A stretch of 64,000 nucleotides of DNA, taken from the NCBI GenBank assembly GCA_977030845.1, contig OZ365114.1, positions 21,390,001 to 21,454,000 of the forward strand. Direction: 5' to 3'. The translations under genes and the position numbers were made by a program. Within the stretch, counting starts at the first letter, position 1. The number at the start of each line of letters is the position of its first letter. Positions 12,201 to 23,780 of this stretch are shown here, piece by piece. Below the pieces are notes generated by a model. It had not been told where the DNA came from and did no database searches. It saw only the letters and a program-made list of their open reading frames with translations. Source of the stretch: Fimbriosthenelais zetlandica. Lineage: Eukaryota.

Positions 12201-14027
12201 AAATTCAAACACTTCCCCATATTTTAATGTTTTGAACACCAATGGTAGTATATTTGATTCAATACTTTGCCATCCTCAGAATTTACTAACATTTGAACCT
12301 ATAGCAAAAGTGCAACAATCATGTCATGCACAAATAACGAACTATAACGTTTTCGCAAAAAATAGCCATCACTTCCTCCTTGGCACAATTCACTTAAGTA
12401 TTTCCGCCAGAGACTTCACCTTAAATTGTCCATAATGATGGACGCCCTCTCCTTTAAAGTATATATCAATTTGTGAACAATTTTGCCACAAATATTTATT
12501 ATTAGATTATAAACCACTGATTATTTTCTGTCTGTGTGGGAGTGGGTTTCATGACCAGGGTCACATCAAAGGGCGGGTCCCATGCGTGACCATGTCAACT
12601 TTCGCCTGTCAGCATCTCCTATCTCTTTTCCTGTCCAACTAGACATGCCCTTCATCTTCCTCATCCTTCAAATTTGAATACCAATTTGAATCAAAAGCCC
12701 TGTACTATATATATACATTTGTAAGTCATATTTTACATTGGAAATATCATGAAAATAAAAACAAATACAAATGTATTAAATTATACTAAAATACAGGCTA
12801 TCAAACTGTAGTTAAATACATTTAAAGAAAACCATTATCAAGGTTTTTCTCATTTACTTCAGAGATAAGAGCTTGTCTGACTATAAAATGTGAGACACGT
12901 TATAAAAGTCCAAGGCTCAAATGTAATCTAAGAGGAGGAATATTATATTACAATGATAATTACTCAGCCATTATCATATTTAAAGCCTTCTAATAGATTT
13001 AATCCACGTAAAGTCAGATCATGTCCTCTCCTAGCAACTCATCTGTCTAGATTTGAATCTCAATCAGTGAACACGGACTGGAAACTCTGTAGCAGTTTAA
13101 TATGAAGCACTACTAAGTTACACTTCTGCCTAAAAGGCCTTGTTTTGCAGGGACGTGCACCTGCAAATCGCGATGCATTCATGCAGGGAGGAGTAATTAC
13201 TGACAATCTGTAAATAGCATAGAGAGATTGAGACCTAGTCCATCTAGAGGCAAGTGGCATTGTTCTTCAAATGGTTGTCCTTTTGGAGCGGATTGTTATG
13301 CATAACTCTTAAGTTGCACATGAAATTAGTTCTCAACAAGATTTGATGCTTATTTTATCATGACCAGGTTTTGTCCCCAACAATACAAGGCTCCAACTCT
13401 CTGTGCATTCTCAAGTTCTTATCATGGCAATCTAAGATAGCTGCTCAATGTAAACCTGGATGAACAGGTCAGAAAATATCAAGAGTTGAGCCAGGAGTAA
13501 ATGCCAACCTGTGTGAGCAAGATCTTGTCAGAGTAGTAGGGGGAGATGATATCTGTCCCTCGGACAGGGCTGTAATCAAGATGATCTGCCTTGATATTTA
13601 AGCCATTTAACTCTGTAGAGCGTCCCCTTCAGCTGACAATGATTTCTGAGACCCATAGTGGTTAAAATCTCCCTAGCAAACCTTCAAACAGGGATCAACA
13701 AGTTGCTGTATGGCCTCAAATATAAAAACAAAAAGTCATGTTCCTGTATTTCCCCCCTCAGGAAAAATTCCTCTAGCTATAAAGCAATGGAAATTGGTTG
13801 ATGAAATGTTTGCTCAAGAGAAGTGGGGAAGCATTGGGTTTGATGGAGCTGTCAGGATGATGAGGTTACGCCTTGGTGCCTCTCTCCCTCTCTTTCTCCC
13901 TCTCCTCTTCTCTTCTTTCTCTCTCAGCCTTGGCTGGTTTCTGGAGAGGTTAACCAGAATGCATGCTGGCACGAGATAAGGACCTGAGATACCGGGGCTC
14001 GGCGTGTTGGACTGACAATCTCTACAC

Positions 14028-14062
14028 ATACCAATACACACAATAATATACCAATACACACA
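14028..14062. repeat. 15-bp direct repeat, period 20
   Basis: ATACCAATACACACA at 14028-14042 and 14048-14062. Confidence 0.75.
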
Positions 14063-17000
14063 TGATATATGCTCACTAAAACAAGGCTATGGGTCAAGTT
14101 AAATGCAAAGTAACATGGACATTCCCACAACGGTATTTATCAAGCATATATCACATAATTATCCCCCACTACGTAACAAAGGTGATTATTCCTTGTCCAA
14201 ATAATACAGGTTGCTTTGATTTTTTGTGGTGGGATTATAAATACTGACTCTTTAAAGGACTCAACATTAAGTTTTACTTTGCTTTAAAACAGCTTTAGAT
14301 TTCTAAGTCTGATTATGGGCAATTATTTTTAATTCAATCAAAGTGACGCCAATCAAGAGAATTATGTTTAATCCTTTAACGAACCCAGCATGCACAAAAT
14401 TATTGGTAATCCAATTGCATTACCTGCTGTGCCCCCTATATAGCTCCTTAGAAATTATGCACATGCTTTTGTCTAGACGGAAAGGGCTAAATCTTCCTAT
14501 AATACCTTGATGGCAGGCTCACTCTCCCATGAATCTGTAGTCTCGTCATTTGGGCTCCCTCTTGACCCATGTCAATTCTCATCTTCATTATTGGTCATTG
14601 TCTCCCACACTGAACATTACGTGGCTGGACAGTGGTCACCCGCCTTAGCAGCACACAACAAACTTTCCCACACTGGGAGGCATACATGGCCAATCTCAAC
14701 AAGCAGGGAGACAATGGGGGCTCAGTAATTGAAGTCCAGGTTTGGTCTTATTAGTATACTTAGGCTATACTTATACGTTATCTGACCGGCCAGTCTGCAC
14801 ATTGGTGCTAATTAACAGTGCTGGGCAGTAGTGGTCAGGTAAAACTTCTCCGGACAAAATTGCCCAGTCTCACGCAACCAGCTCAGGCCATCCGGTCAAG
14901 GCTTGACCAGTGGACAGAGCTAGAATAGTTTTACAATGTTGCCAAAAAGCAAGCAATATTTTACCCAGAAACGTTCACAATTTTTAGTATTTTCCAATGC
15001 AATCTAACTTGCAAATTGGTCGCAGATATCATGTATATAGCTTGGATACCACATCCTGCTAATATTTAGAAAAAAATATTACTATATCAACAATTTTGCT
15101 CGACAACAAGTGATTCATATTTGGCAACAACCCTGTATACCTGTAAGTGCTTATGGGGACTTCACCCTCTGGCGGAATTATAACTGTGGTTATGCTTCAG
15201 GCCCATACACGAGGAAATTGTGGGGGACAAAGGTTATGACCTCTAAGTAGGAAGTGTCATTTAGAGCTTTTCAACAAAATGTGGACTAATTGATTTCTTG
15301 AGGAATGAAATGTATAGGACAAAATGTTAGTGGCATGTCTCATCATGACAACCCATACAGGGCTACCTCAATTTCATTAAGCGACTTACTTAGCGACTCG
15401 AAGTTTGGGTTTCCATGTCTTAAAAGTTTCTGTGAATATTACGTAATATCTGCCTTCAATTCACGCTCAGGACATGAAGTTCGATATACGTAAATGGAGA
15501 CCCTATATAGAACTGAGGAGGGGGGCGTGGAGTGGGAGGTGTTCGTGGGAAGGTAGATACCCAATCTTTATACAGGTGTATTAACATGAGACATGGAATG
15601 GTGGACAGGTGAGATATCGTAAACGCTGGTCTTCTTACAGTATCTGGTTTTGCAGCTTAAATGCATGCTTTTATTGGTTTTATCGTTTCAATAATGGTCA
15701 AGAAATATCCATTTGCCACAGGAAAGTATTATTCTAAGCCCTAAAGACTGTGGGAATCACACTTAGGTGTTTTAAAGAAATTTCACTGCAAATGGTATAA
15801 AGTAACCAAAATGCCATAATTGTTCAGGAAATTTCGGCAATTGGCATTCCCAGAACTGCCCTTGAAGTTTGTCCCACGCTTTGTGGAATTTATTTGGATG
15901 ATGAATAGAGGAATCCACCATGGTTATGTCTCCTAGCCTCCTGTCAATACATCTAAGGAATGTGTTTATTTGCACACCTGGATTTGGTACAGATTTTAGC
16001 AGGGGGTCAGAGCCTGGTTTCAGAATCTATAGACACATTTAATTACTATTTTGAATCATTCCTGAAGTAATATCCGATACTGGTTGAATTGTTTCTGAAA
16101 CCCCCCATGAAGAGTAGGTTTAGGAAAAGGAAATAGAAAATCTCCAGAATGTTATTTACATGTGGTTTTCTCGTCGTATAATTATATAGACAGAGAAAAT
16201 AAATGAAATACATCTCTTCGGATGCAATAAATTCAAGGCCATAGTCATTATAAGCCATGCCTACGCACTGGTTTGAATATGCTCTGATGCATTGTCTAAA
16301 ATTATTTAGCAAAACTGATTGCATTATATAAGTAATTATTGTATTTTGGTAGTACATGATGTGTTGACATTCAATTCATTTGCATTATCACACCCTCAAT
16401 GATCATGATAAGAAGATAACTATAGTACTCCTTAATTGCCCTTTTAACCCTCTGGACCTTTCCCTGTAATTTACAGTGGAACCCCACAAAAAGGCCATTT
16501 ACATGGCACAATATGTAATCCCTGAGGTATCACAAGTCATTACCTCATTCTATACATATACACACACTTTTTTCACAGATAGTGACCAGGCCATCCTTGT
16601 GTATGCATTGTGCACACTTCTATAGGTCGCGACTCGTTCTTGGCGGGCCAGCTGGCTTCCATCGCTACTCCCTCTCCATTGTCTGCTAGCACGCATTCAA
16701 CTAGTTGCAAAAACCGTAATCTGTACCGCTAGGCCTCCCAACTATTGTACTCCCAGGAAATACCTATTGAAGAAAATCCCTGGACCGAAGATTACTAGTC
16801 TGAAAAGCCTCGTCACGCTCCTTCAACTTGTAAACATAACTTATTGCGGGATTCCATACTATACTAGTAGCGTATACTGACAATTTTGTTATATTTTTTT
16901 TTTAAATTATACAATAGATGTTCTTCTATTATTCAGCAATAAGCATTTTCACATGTTTACAGTTTTTATCATCCTTATAAGGATAATTATATTAGAGATG

Positions 17001-17303
17001 ATAGCCTTCTGTTAGTTGAAACAACATTAAATTTTGATTTATTTAGGGCAAAGTGGTATCTAAAATGTTCTCAGCAGTAAAATCCCCTATAAGATTCTCA
17101 GAAATGGTTACATGAATCTCATAAAATAAATCAAAACTTTAGAAGCTTTATCACTTGTGGGAAGTCTATTTTTCTCCCAAAAGTTGCGTGTCTACTTGGA
17201 GGAACCGCGTTCATAAAATAGCGCCACTGTCGCGCCCTTAAGACAAGCGGAATAACGATAGCCTCCCTAGCGCCGCCAAGCGCCAGGGGTCAAAAACAGG
17301 TCA

Positions 17304-17339
17304 TCACGTGGTCACGGAAGTTGGATTCACGCATGCGTG
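17304..17339. promoter_or_regulatory. E-box / ETS / NRF1-like motif cluster
   Basis: TCACGTGG (17304), CGGAAGT (17315) and the 12-bp palindrome CACGCATGCGTG (17328-17339), inside a GC-rich patch at ~17200-17380. Confidence 0.35.
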
Positions 17340-20300
17340 GGAGGAAGCGGAATGGGGGAGGGAACGGCAGGTGCAGTGAAGGCATCAAGGTAGCACACTG
17401 AAATGAGTTTGTCATATCCATTGTCCGAAAATGTAAATGTATTTGTTTATAAGTCCCCCAACTGTATAGCTTCATTACAGGGTTCTCAACTATAAAGCCT
17501 GTAATCTAATAACAAATACACAAAGGCTCGATATTTTTTATATTTCGAATGATAATGAATAGGACAAACAAGTAAGATATCATGTGTATTTGTAATGAAA
17601 AGGGAGGTAAAAAAGAATTTATTTGATTTGCAATCTTTCTGGTTGATTTACTGCCTTTTTAGTCCTCGGGTTTTATCCTTTGTTATACTACTCACAAAGT
17701 TATTTTCGTGGTTCAGTTCCTGTTATAATATTATAGAACTTAACAAAGGGTTTGTGTGTATTATAATGATTATAAAATAGGCGAGAGACACTTATAGCTA
17801 ACTCTAATGTATGGACAGTTCAATGTATCAAATACAAACTTATTTCATCGACTCTGTCAGGGAACTTGGCTTCATTGTTTTAAAGATATTGAACTATAGG
17901 GGAAATGCATGAAGGTACGCCTTAAATAAGGGTGAGAGGAACTCGTTAAAGCTCGTGGATATAGGTATGTCTCAATCGTGGATGGTGAATTAGCCCCATC
18001 AATTCCCTCATGATGGCTTGATTTCCAGCAAGAACATGATATCTGTATGTGTGAGACAGACATCAATAGGCAGGACCAAATCGTCCATTTTCACCTCCCC
18101 ACGGGTCCCATTTGATACTTGCTGGGGGAATCAATCCCCGCCTAATGGCCTGAACAGTATGGGGGCCAGCCAAGGCCTACCTGAGGCCGGCTAGATGAAA
18201 GGACACCCCAATCTCAGGTGGGCTGGCCGTGCTGCAGGTGTAAGAGGGGTCGGAATGATTGATCTCCACGGCAGAGGATGGAGGCATGCGGAAGCTTCAC
18301 CCCCAGACTCCCCAGCCACACCACCCAGGGGGTAGACTTCTGTAAATTTCACCCATCAACTTTTATTTGCGGTCTCTGAAATTGGCTGCATTTTTCCACC
18401 TTATATCCGCAATGGTGCCTTCAAAGTGATTTTGTTGATAATAGTTCTGGTTTTGTTAATTGCGTTTCAGGTATTGTAATGTGGGGCCATGTCTGTGTTT
18501 GTGGGAGGAGGTTGGATAGAAAAATAAATGTAAGCGAATTATACATTTGTGTCAAGTTAACTTCTAAATTTAAAGGCTTATCTGTGGACATATCAATGCA
18601 TCTTCAGGGAGAAAGCTATCAGCGTGATCGCGGTTGGAGTTTGTGATTAAAATGCAGAGTCATTTCTCTATTGACAGTTAAAATCCGACTAAGCGGAAAG
18701 ATTAACATCTCAAGCAAAATAAGATTTACTTGACGAAAACAAACTAAAAAAGGCAATGAGTGATCGGGCGGGTTTGATCTCAGGATATACGGATGAATGA
18801 TAGGAAGGCTTAGGCTAGACTTTCTTTTTTCTAGAGGCATCTTATATTAGGCATGGCTAATTGCCTGAAGTCAGTTGGAAATGGACACTGATACTTCATA
18901 AAATGTTTAGAATTATTCCAGAATTTTGATAACATTTCATCTGTTATTCTCTCTTCATCGTGTGCAAGAGTTTTCTTAAGAATCTTAACAGACGGTGTAT
19001 ATAATGATAAGTTGTGTGGTATATCTACAGGACGGAAATTAATGTCCACTGCATCTTTGACACCCTGTGACTAATATAGGCGTCTAAAATGAAGGATGAT
19101 TATTTGGCCGAGTAATAAATCATATTATATCCAGATGTGTTCATGGCTGGCTTCATTTCTATACCACACTCCCTTCCTCTATACATACCTGCCCATCTGT
19201 TGTCCTCTCTCCTCCCTCCTTTTGTTGTGAAGAAATCCTAGAAAGTCTTACTGTCTCACCAACAATATGGAATGACACAATAACAACAATACCCTGTAGA
19301 TCCACATCTCACACAGGTTGTAACCTTAGCTTTAATGCATCATAAATAATATACATGACACCAAGCTGTGCCCATGCTTATTATCTTGACAACTCGGACA
19401 TATAATTTGCCTTAGAAAAAATAAAAATATGCCTCCATGCATGTGGAAGCACGCCTGTTTTGAAACCAAACAAATGGCAGGGGATACTCAAGCAGAAATT
19501 CATGTCATTCTATGCAAAAAGCTGAATACAACCACTGACGCCAAAAGCATGGCATGCAAAAAAAATGTGCACCCACAGAAACCAAGCAAACCAAAACAAA
19601 AATCAGGGAGTACTCGAATGACCTTTGTAGATTCATATACCTAGTACTTGCCATTGTCATAAAAGGTGGATAGTAAACCCTTGTTTTAGGTGACGCTCAA
19701 ACTAGAACTGCTACCCTCATAACCTCATCTGAGTAAACGGTTCTTTCCTTTTGAAGGTTCACACGTAGCTTGCCTTTCATCTTGCAGGCAGAGAGCACCT
19801 ATAAGGCCAGGTGCACAGTTCAATTTGCGTACCTCAGTGATGGACATTTTACTTTATGACCATCCATTTGGCCCTAAATATCTTTATGAACATTCTTGTT
19901 TTTTGTTCTTGCAAATCTGCACAACAGAACTAAAAAAAACTTTATCAAATGGCGAATGTTCAGTTAAAAATCTTTTCAATAATATTGGAGGAATCGGAAT
20001 TAACAAAAAAAATCATTTCTAGAAGAAAGCCTATAAAAATTAATGACCCTTGACATTGGGTGAGTCATTGGCTCATGTACAAGGTAGGCTACATGTTTTG
20101 TTTGTACTGTTTGAGTATCAAATTTCAGATACATAAGACCTCGACATCAGTCTTTGCAATCCTTAATTCAATGTGGTTATACCATGAAATATCAGCTTTC
20201 ACTAGGTTCAAAAGTTAAGGTATAACCACTTACAACGGCTCCTTCCTTTGTGTAACATTCCCTACTTCCTGATATATAATACTTCATAGGTGCCTTACAT

Positions 20301-20812
20301 ATTCGAAATTGATGACATTATAAATATTTCTCTCTATGCAAAGCTGTACACCCAAGTGTAGTGGCGACCATGTACCCTATTCAAACACATTTCCAGTCAT
20401 TGTCCTGTGTGATGACAGAGTATAAAGAAGTCTTTTAAAGACATCATCTAAGTCACTGTTTCAGCCTGGGGTGACTTTGACACCAGCCTAAATTGAGGTT
20501 ATTCCCCATATAGTCCTGACTCGAGTCACAACCCTCAAACACTATTCATTATGACCACAATGGGTGGAATGGCCCCAGGATTATTGTTAGATATGCCGTT
20601 TGTAAATGGGATTTATGGCATCATATAAACAGGAATATTATCATGGTTAATATAGAGCAGCCTCAGCAATGGAGGGTAGATAATGGCATAGTTTTGGTGC
20701 CAGGTTATGGGGTGGGAGAGTGGGTGGGTTAAGGGGGTGTTAGGGTGGGACCGTTATTGGATGACCCTCAGGGCACAGAGGTACAGGTGCCATAGACAGG
20801 TGCTTCTCTCAG

Positions 20813-20986
20813 GTCTACTGCACACAGTCTACTACATCTACTACAGCCACTACTACAAGACTACTACTAGACTACATCTCAGGCATGTCCCACCTCTCTC
20901 CTCATATAGCCCCTACACCTGCAGCCACAACCCCAACCACCAAACAGCACGGAAAGCAGGCCCTGCCTAATGTAGCATTAAGGCAG
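20813..20986 (+). CDS. Candidate internal exon, Ser/Thr/Pro-rich (58 codons)
   Basis: Acceptor gcttctctcag|, donor CAG|gtgaga, length 174 nt. Open in phase 0: VYCTQSTTSTTATTTRLLLDYISGMSHLSPHIAPTPAATTPTTKQHGKQALPNVALRQ. Confidence 0.3.
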
Positions 20987-21678
20987 GTGAGACCACTACT
21001 GCCATATCAGACAGGCTTCATCCACAGCTATACACTCATTTTAAAAACCTAAAATACTTTTTTTCGGTAATTGCTTGTGCGAAAAAATCCCTGATTACAG
21101 ATAGAAAAGGCAGCTAAATAGCAGGATTGACTGACAGAGGAGGATATCTCAACTAAACCATGAAATGATTATAAGCAGATGAAATTTAATTGGAAATATT
21201 TAAATAAAATATTACCAGTATTATGTTAAACCGTGTATATAACATCTCAACCTAGCTCTAGGCAAAAGGTGCCACTTCTCGTTTATGACAACGTTCATTC
21301 TAGTTGCCATGACAATATACCCCCTTGTCTTTGTTGGCAATACCCTTTGTTTGGATGCATGAACATTTGAATACCTCAAATAATAATAATCTTGTTAAGG
21401 TTTCCCCAGATTTTATTTTGGATGCTGCTCCTTGTCCAGATGCAAATCTGATGAAAAGGCATTATAAGTATATACAGCTTCATTTGATTAACAGCAACCC
21501 TCAACCTCCCAAACATAAATTTAGCTAGAGATGTTTTTCAATTATAACATGCTAGCAGGAAGACTATGAAGGTCACTGGGGAAGACCTCACTTTTTGTGT
21601 CGTTAGGTCATTGGCCCTAAAACACCCAACATGTGATAAAATACATGTAGGTATTGTCAGGCTGGACCCAGGCTCGAG

Positions 21679-21717
21679 AGGTCAAGAGGTCATTAAAGGT
21701 CAAACTGTATATGACCT
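21679..21717. promoter_or_regulatory. Array of four perfect nuclear-receptor half-sites (DR2 + DR4 + IR9)
   Basis: AGGTCA-ag-AGGTCA-ttaa-AGGTCA-aactgtata-TGACCT. A further AGGTCA lies at 21605. The motifs are certain; function is not shown. Confidence 0.45.
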
Positions 21718-21959
21718 TGGGAATGAATGTCATCAATTCTCGGGGGTCGGCAGGTCCTATAGAAGGGCCTGTCATTTCTCTGGTCGTCTGGAAGACTCCA
21801 GTCAGGAAGCGGAGGTGGATGGGATGCTTTCTCCTCACGAACCCCAACAATAGATTACCTCCTTTCACGACCATGCCCTTTTCTTCTTTCCCAATTCTAA
21901 AAATATCCACCCATCTCGAGAGTTCCTAATGTACGCATCAATATAGTACGATCCCACAA

Positions 21960-22058
21960 ATATCAGACTCCAGATAACTATTGCAAATCATATCACAATA
22001 TATACAAAACATATCAGACTCCAGATAACTATTGCAAATCATATCACAATATATACAA
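21960..22058. repeat. Exact 48-bp tandem duplication, period 51
   Basis: ATATCAGACTCCAGATAACTATTGCAAATCATATCACAATATATACAA at 21960-22007 and 22011-22058. Confidence 0.95.
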
Positions 22059-23589
22059 TCTTTTAGACATTTTACTTCTATCCCTTCATTTGCGTCTAAA
22101 TAATTGCATATCGAACATGGGATAATTCATGATGAGGCAGTTGGCTTCGAGCATCATGTACATCAGATAAATCGTATGGATATTTTGACATGTACATCTG
22201 AGGGGAGACAGAAGCTGGTTCGAGCTTTTTGATGTCATTCAGCATGGGTTGAGGAAGGTGCAGAATGAGTGAAGACATTTATATTCAAGACCTCAGTTTT
22301 ACAGACACTGGAGAGATGTCCCTCCTTGGCAGCAACCGGAAGTGCTCAGGTGCCAGAATCAGGCCAGCGCGACGCCGACACGAGAGCGCAATCTGCACAT
22401 GCGTCAAGTTTAATCTATTTCTGATGTTTACATCGCTGGATGGGGTGAGGCTAGGAGGACACCTCTTCCTACTCCTGGCCACCAAACGTTGTCACTTAGT
22501 CTCGCCTTGGATCTCTTCAATTCTCGCGACCATGCGAGAGGTCACTCCCTGGGGCGCCTGCGCATCAGCGCCCCGGGTTTTAATATGGCTGACCCCTGTG
22601 GTCCTGACATCAGGGCGGCCATGTTGTGTCATGTGACCTGAGGAGTCAGATAGGGGAAGGGGTGGCTTAATCAAGGTTTAGCCTGAGGAGGATGCCCTCT
22701 TTTCTAGCCTACTGATTGTTTGGTCAAGGAATACACTGGTAGGGTCATCAGACTTGGATGATTCGGATGCTCCCTGGTTGACCCTCTCCCACACAAACAC
22801 TCGTCCAATACATGTTTTAAGCTGTGAACCGGCCCATGTTTTGGGTAGTTTTGGGTCAGATTTAGCCGGAAATGTCTGGTTGCATATTGCTTCACTGTCT
22901 TCAGAGCTACTTAATCTGTTTCCAATCACAAAGAACCTGTTCTGCCAGAAGATGCACAACAACAAAAACTAGGTCAGAAATAGACAGACTATAATTATAA
23001 AAGACCTGGCCAGAATCCACTAGAACTACCTCTAGAACTTGTGTTTACTAAAGTTCCTGGTGATTCTATTCTGGTTACATCTAGTTCATAAGAACTGTAA
23101 AGTATACAGAGGCCTGAAGCATTGCTGTCTATGTATGCACTGTATTTGTTCTAATCCTTAAATTTTTCTGGCGATCCTTTACATGGAAACATGACCTGAA
23201 GTCTGTCCCCCCTCACGTAGGCTAATACCCCACACACCTAGCTTTATCACACCTGCTAATGGAGGGGGTGAAGGCATTAGGGCCCTGACCTGAGGCGCTA
23301 TATTATAGTTTTGCTTCTGGTTACAGAGGCAATACTCACAGCCCAGCCAGTGAGCTTTTGGTAAACTTTGTTTAAGGGTCGTCAACACATGCAGGTATAC
23401 ATTGTGTACATGTCCACTCTCAGGGTGGTCTTGTGTGTGTGGGCCTCCGGGGTCAAGGACCTGCCTAGACTAGGGGATATGGAGGGTGATTGAAGGTCCA
23501 GTACACCATCTATAGTTATAAGATCAAATGGGTTTCTATGCTTTTGGTACAGTACTGCTGATTTTGGTCACTTTTCATTGTGATTTACT

Positions 23590-23780
23590 TCTAGTCGTAC
23601 CAGTAGACATACAAGTAGTCCTAGATTTAGTCTTAACTTTAGACAAGACTAGTATTATGTAATACTAATAGTATAGTTGTGCTAGTTCTAGTGCATGCTT
23701 GTACTAGTTTATAGTCTCAAACTTGAGACTATAACTAGAAATAGGCAGTACTATTAGTAGTAGTAGTAGTACTAGTATAC
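23590..23780. repeat. CTAG/TAG-rich low-complexity tract with hairpins
   Basis: 12-bp perfect stem TTATAGTCTCAA-ac-TTGAGACTATAA (23709-23734), extended by CTAG after a 1-nt bulge; 8-bp stem (23650-23667); short (TAG)n run at ~23755-23770. Confidence 0.75.

Noticed and set aside
12021-12435. Overlapping 126-aa and 73-aa ORFs in AT-rich DNA as a transposon relic
   Set aside because: No transposase or RT motif in any frame I translated.
13762-13864. KIPLAIKQ after a strong acceptor, as a kinase VAIK motif
   Set aside because: The Lys-to-Glu spacing is too short, the following residues do not fit kinase subdomains III-IV, and the donor is poor.
21960-22058. Direct repeats as a possible CRISPR array
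   Set aside because: Only two copies with a 3-nt gap; no spacers and no cas genes.
22212-22230. GGTTCGAG B-box-like hairpin followed by a T run; similar GGTTCAAAGCCC at 10000-10011
   Set aside because: No A-box at the right distance and no cloverleaf, so neither a tRNA nor a SINE head is supportable.
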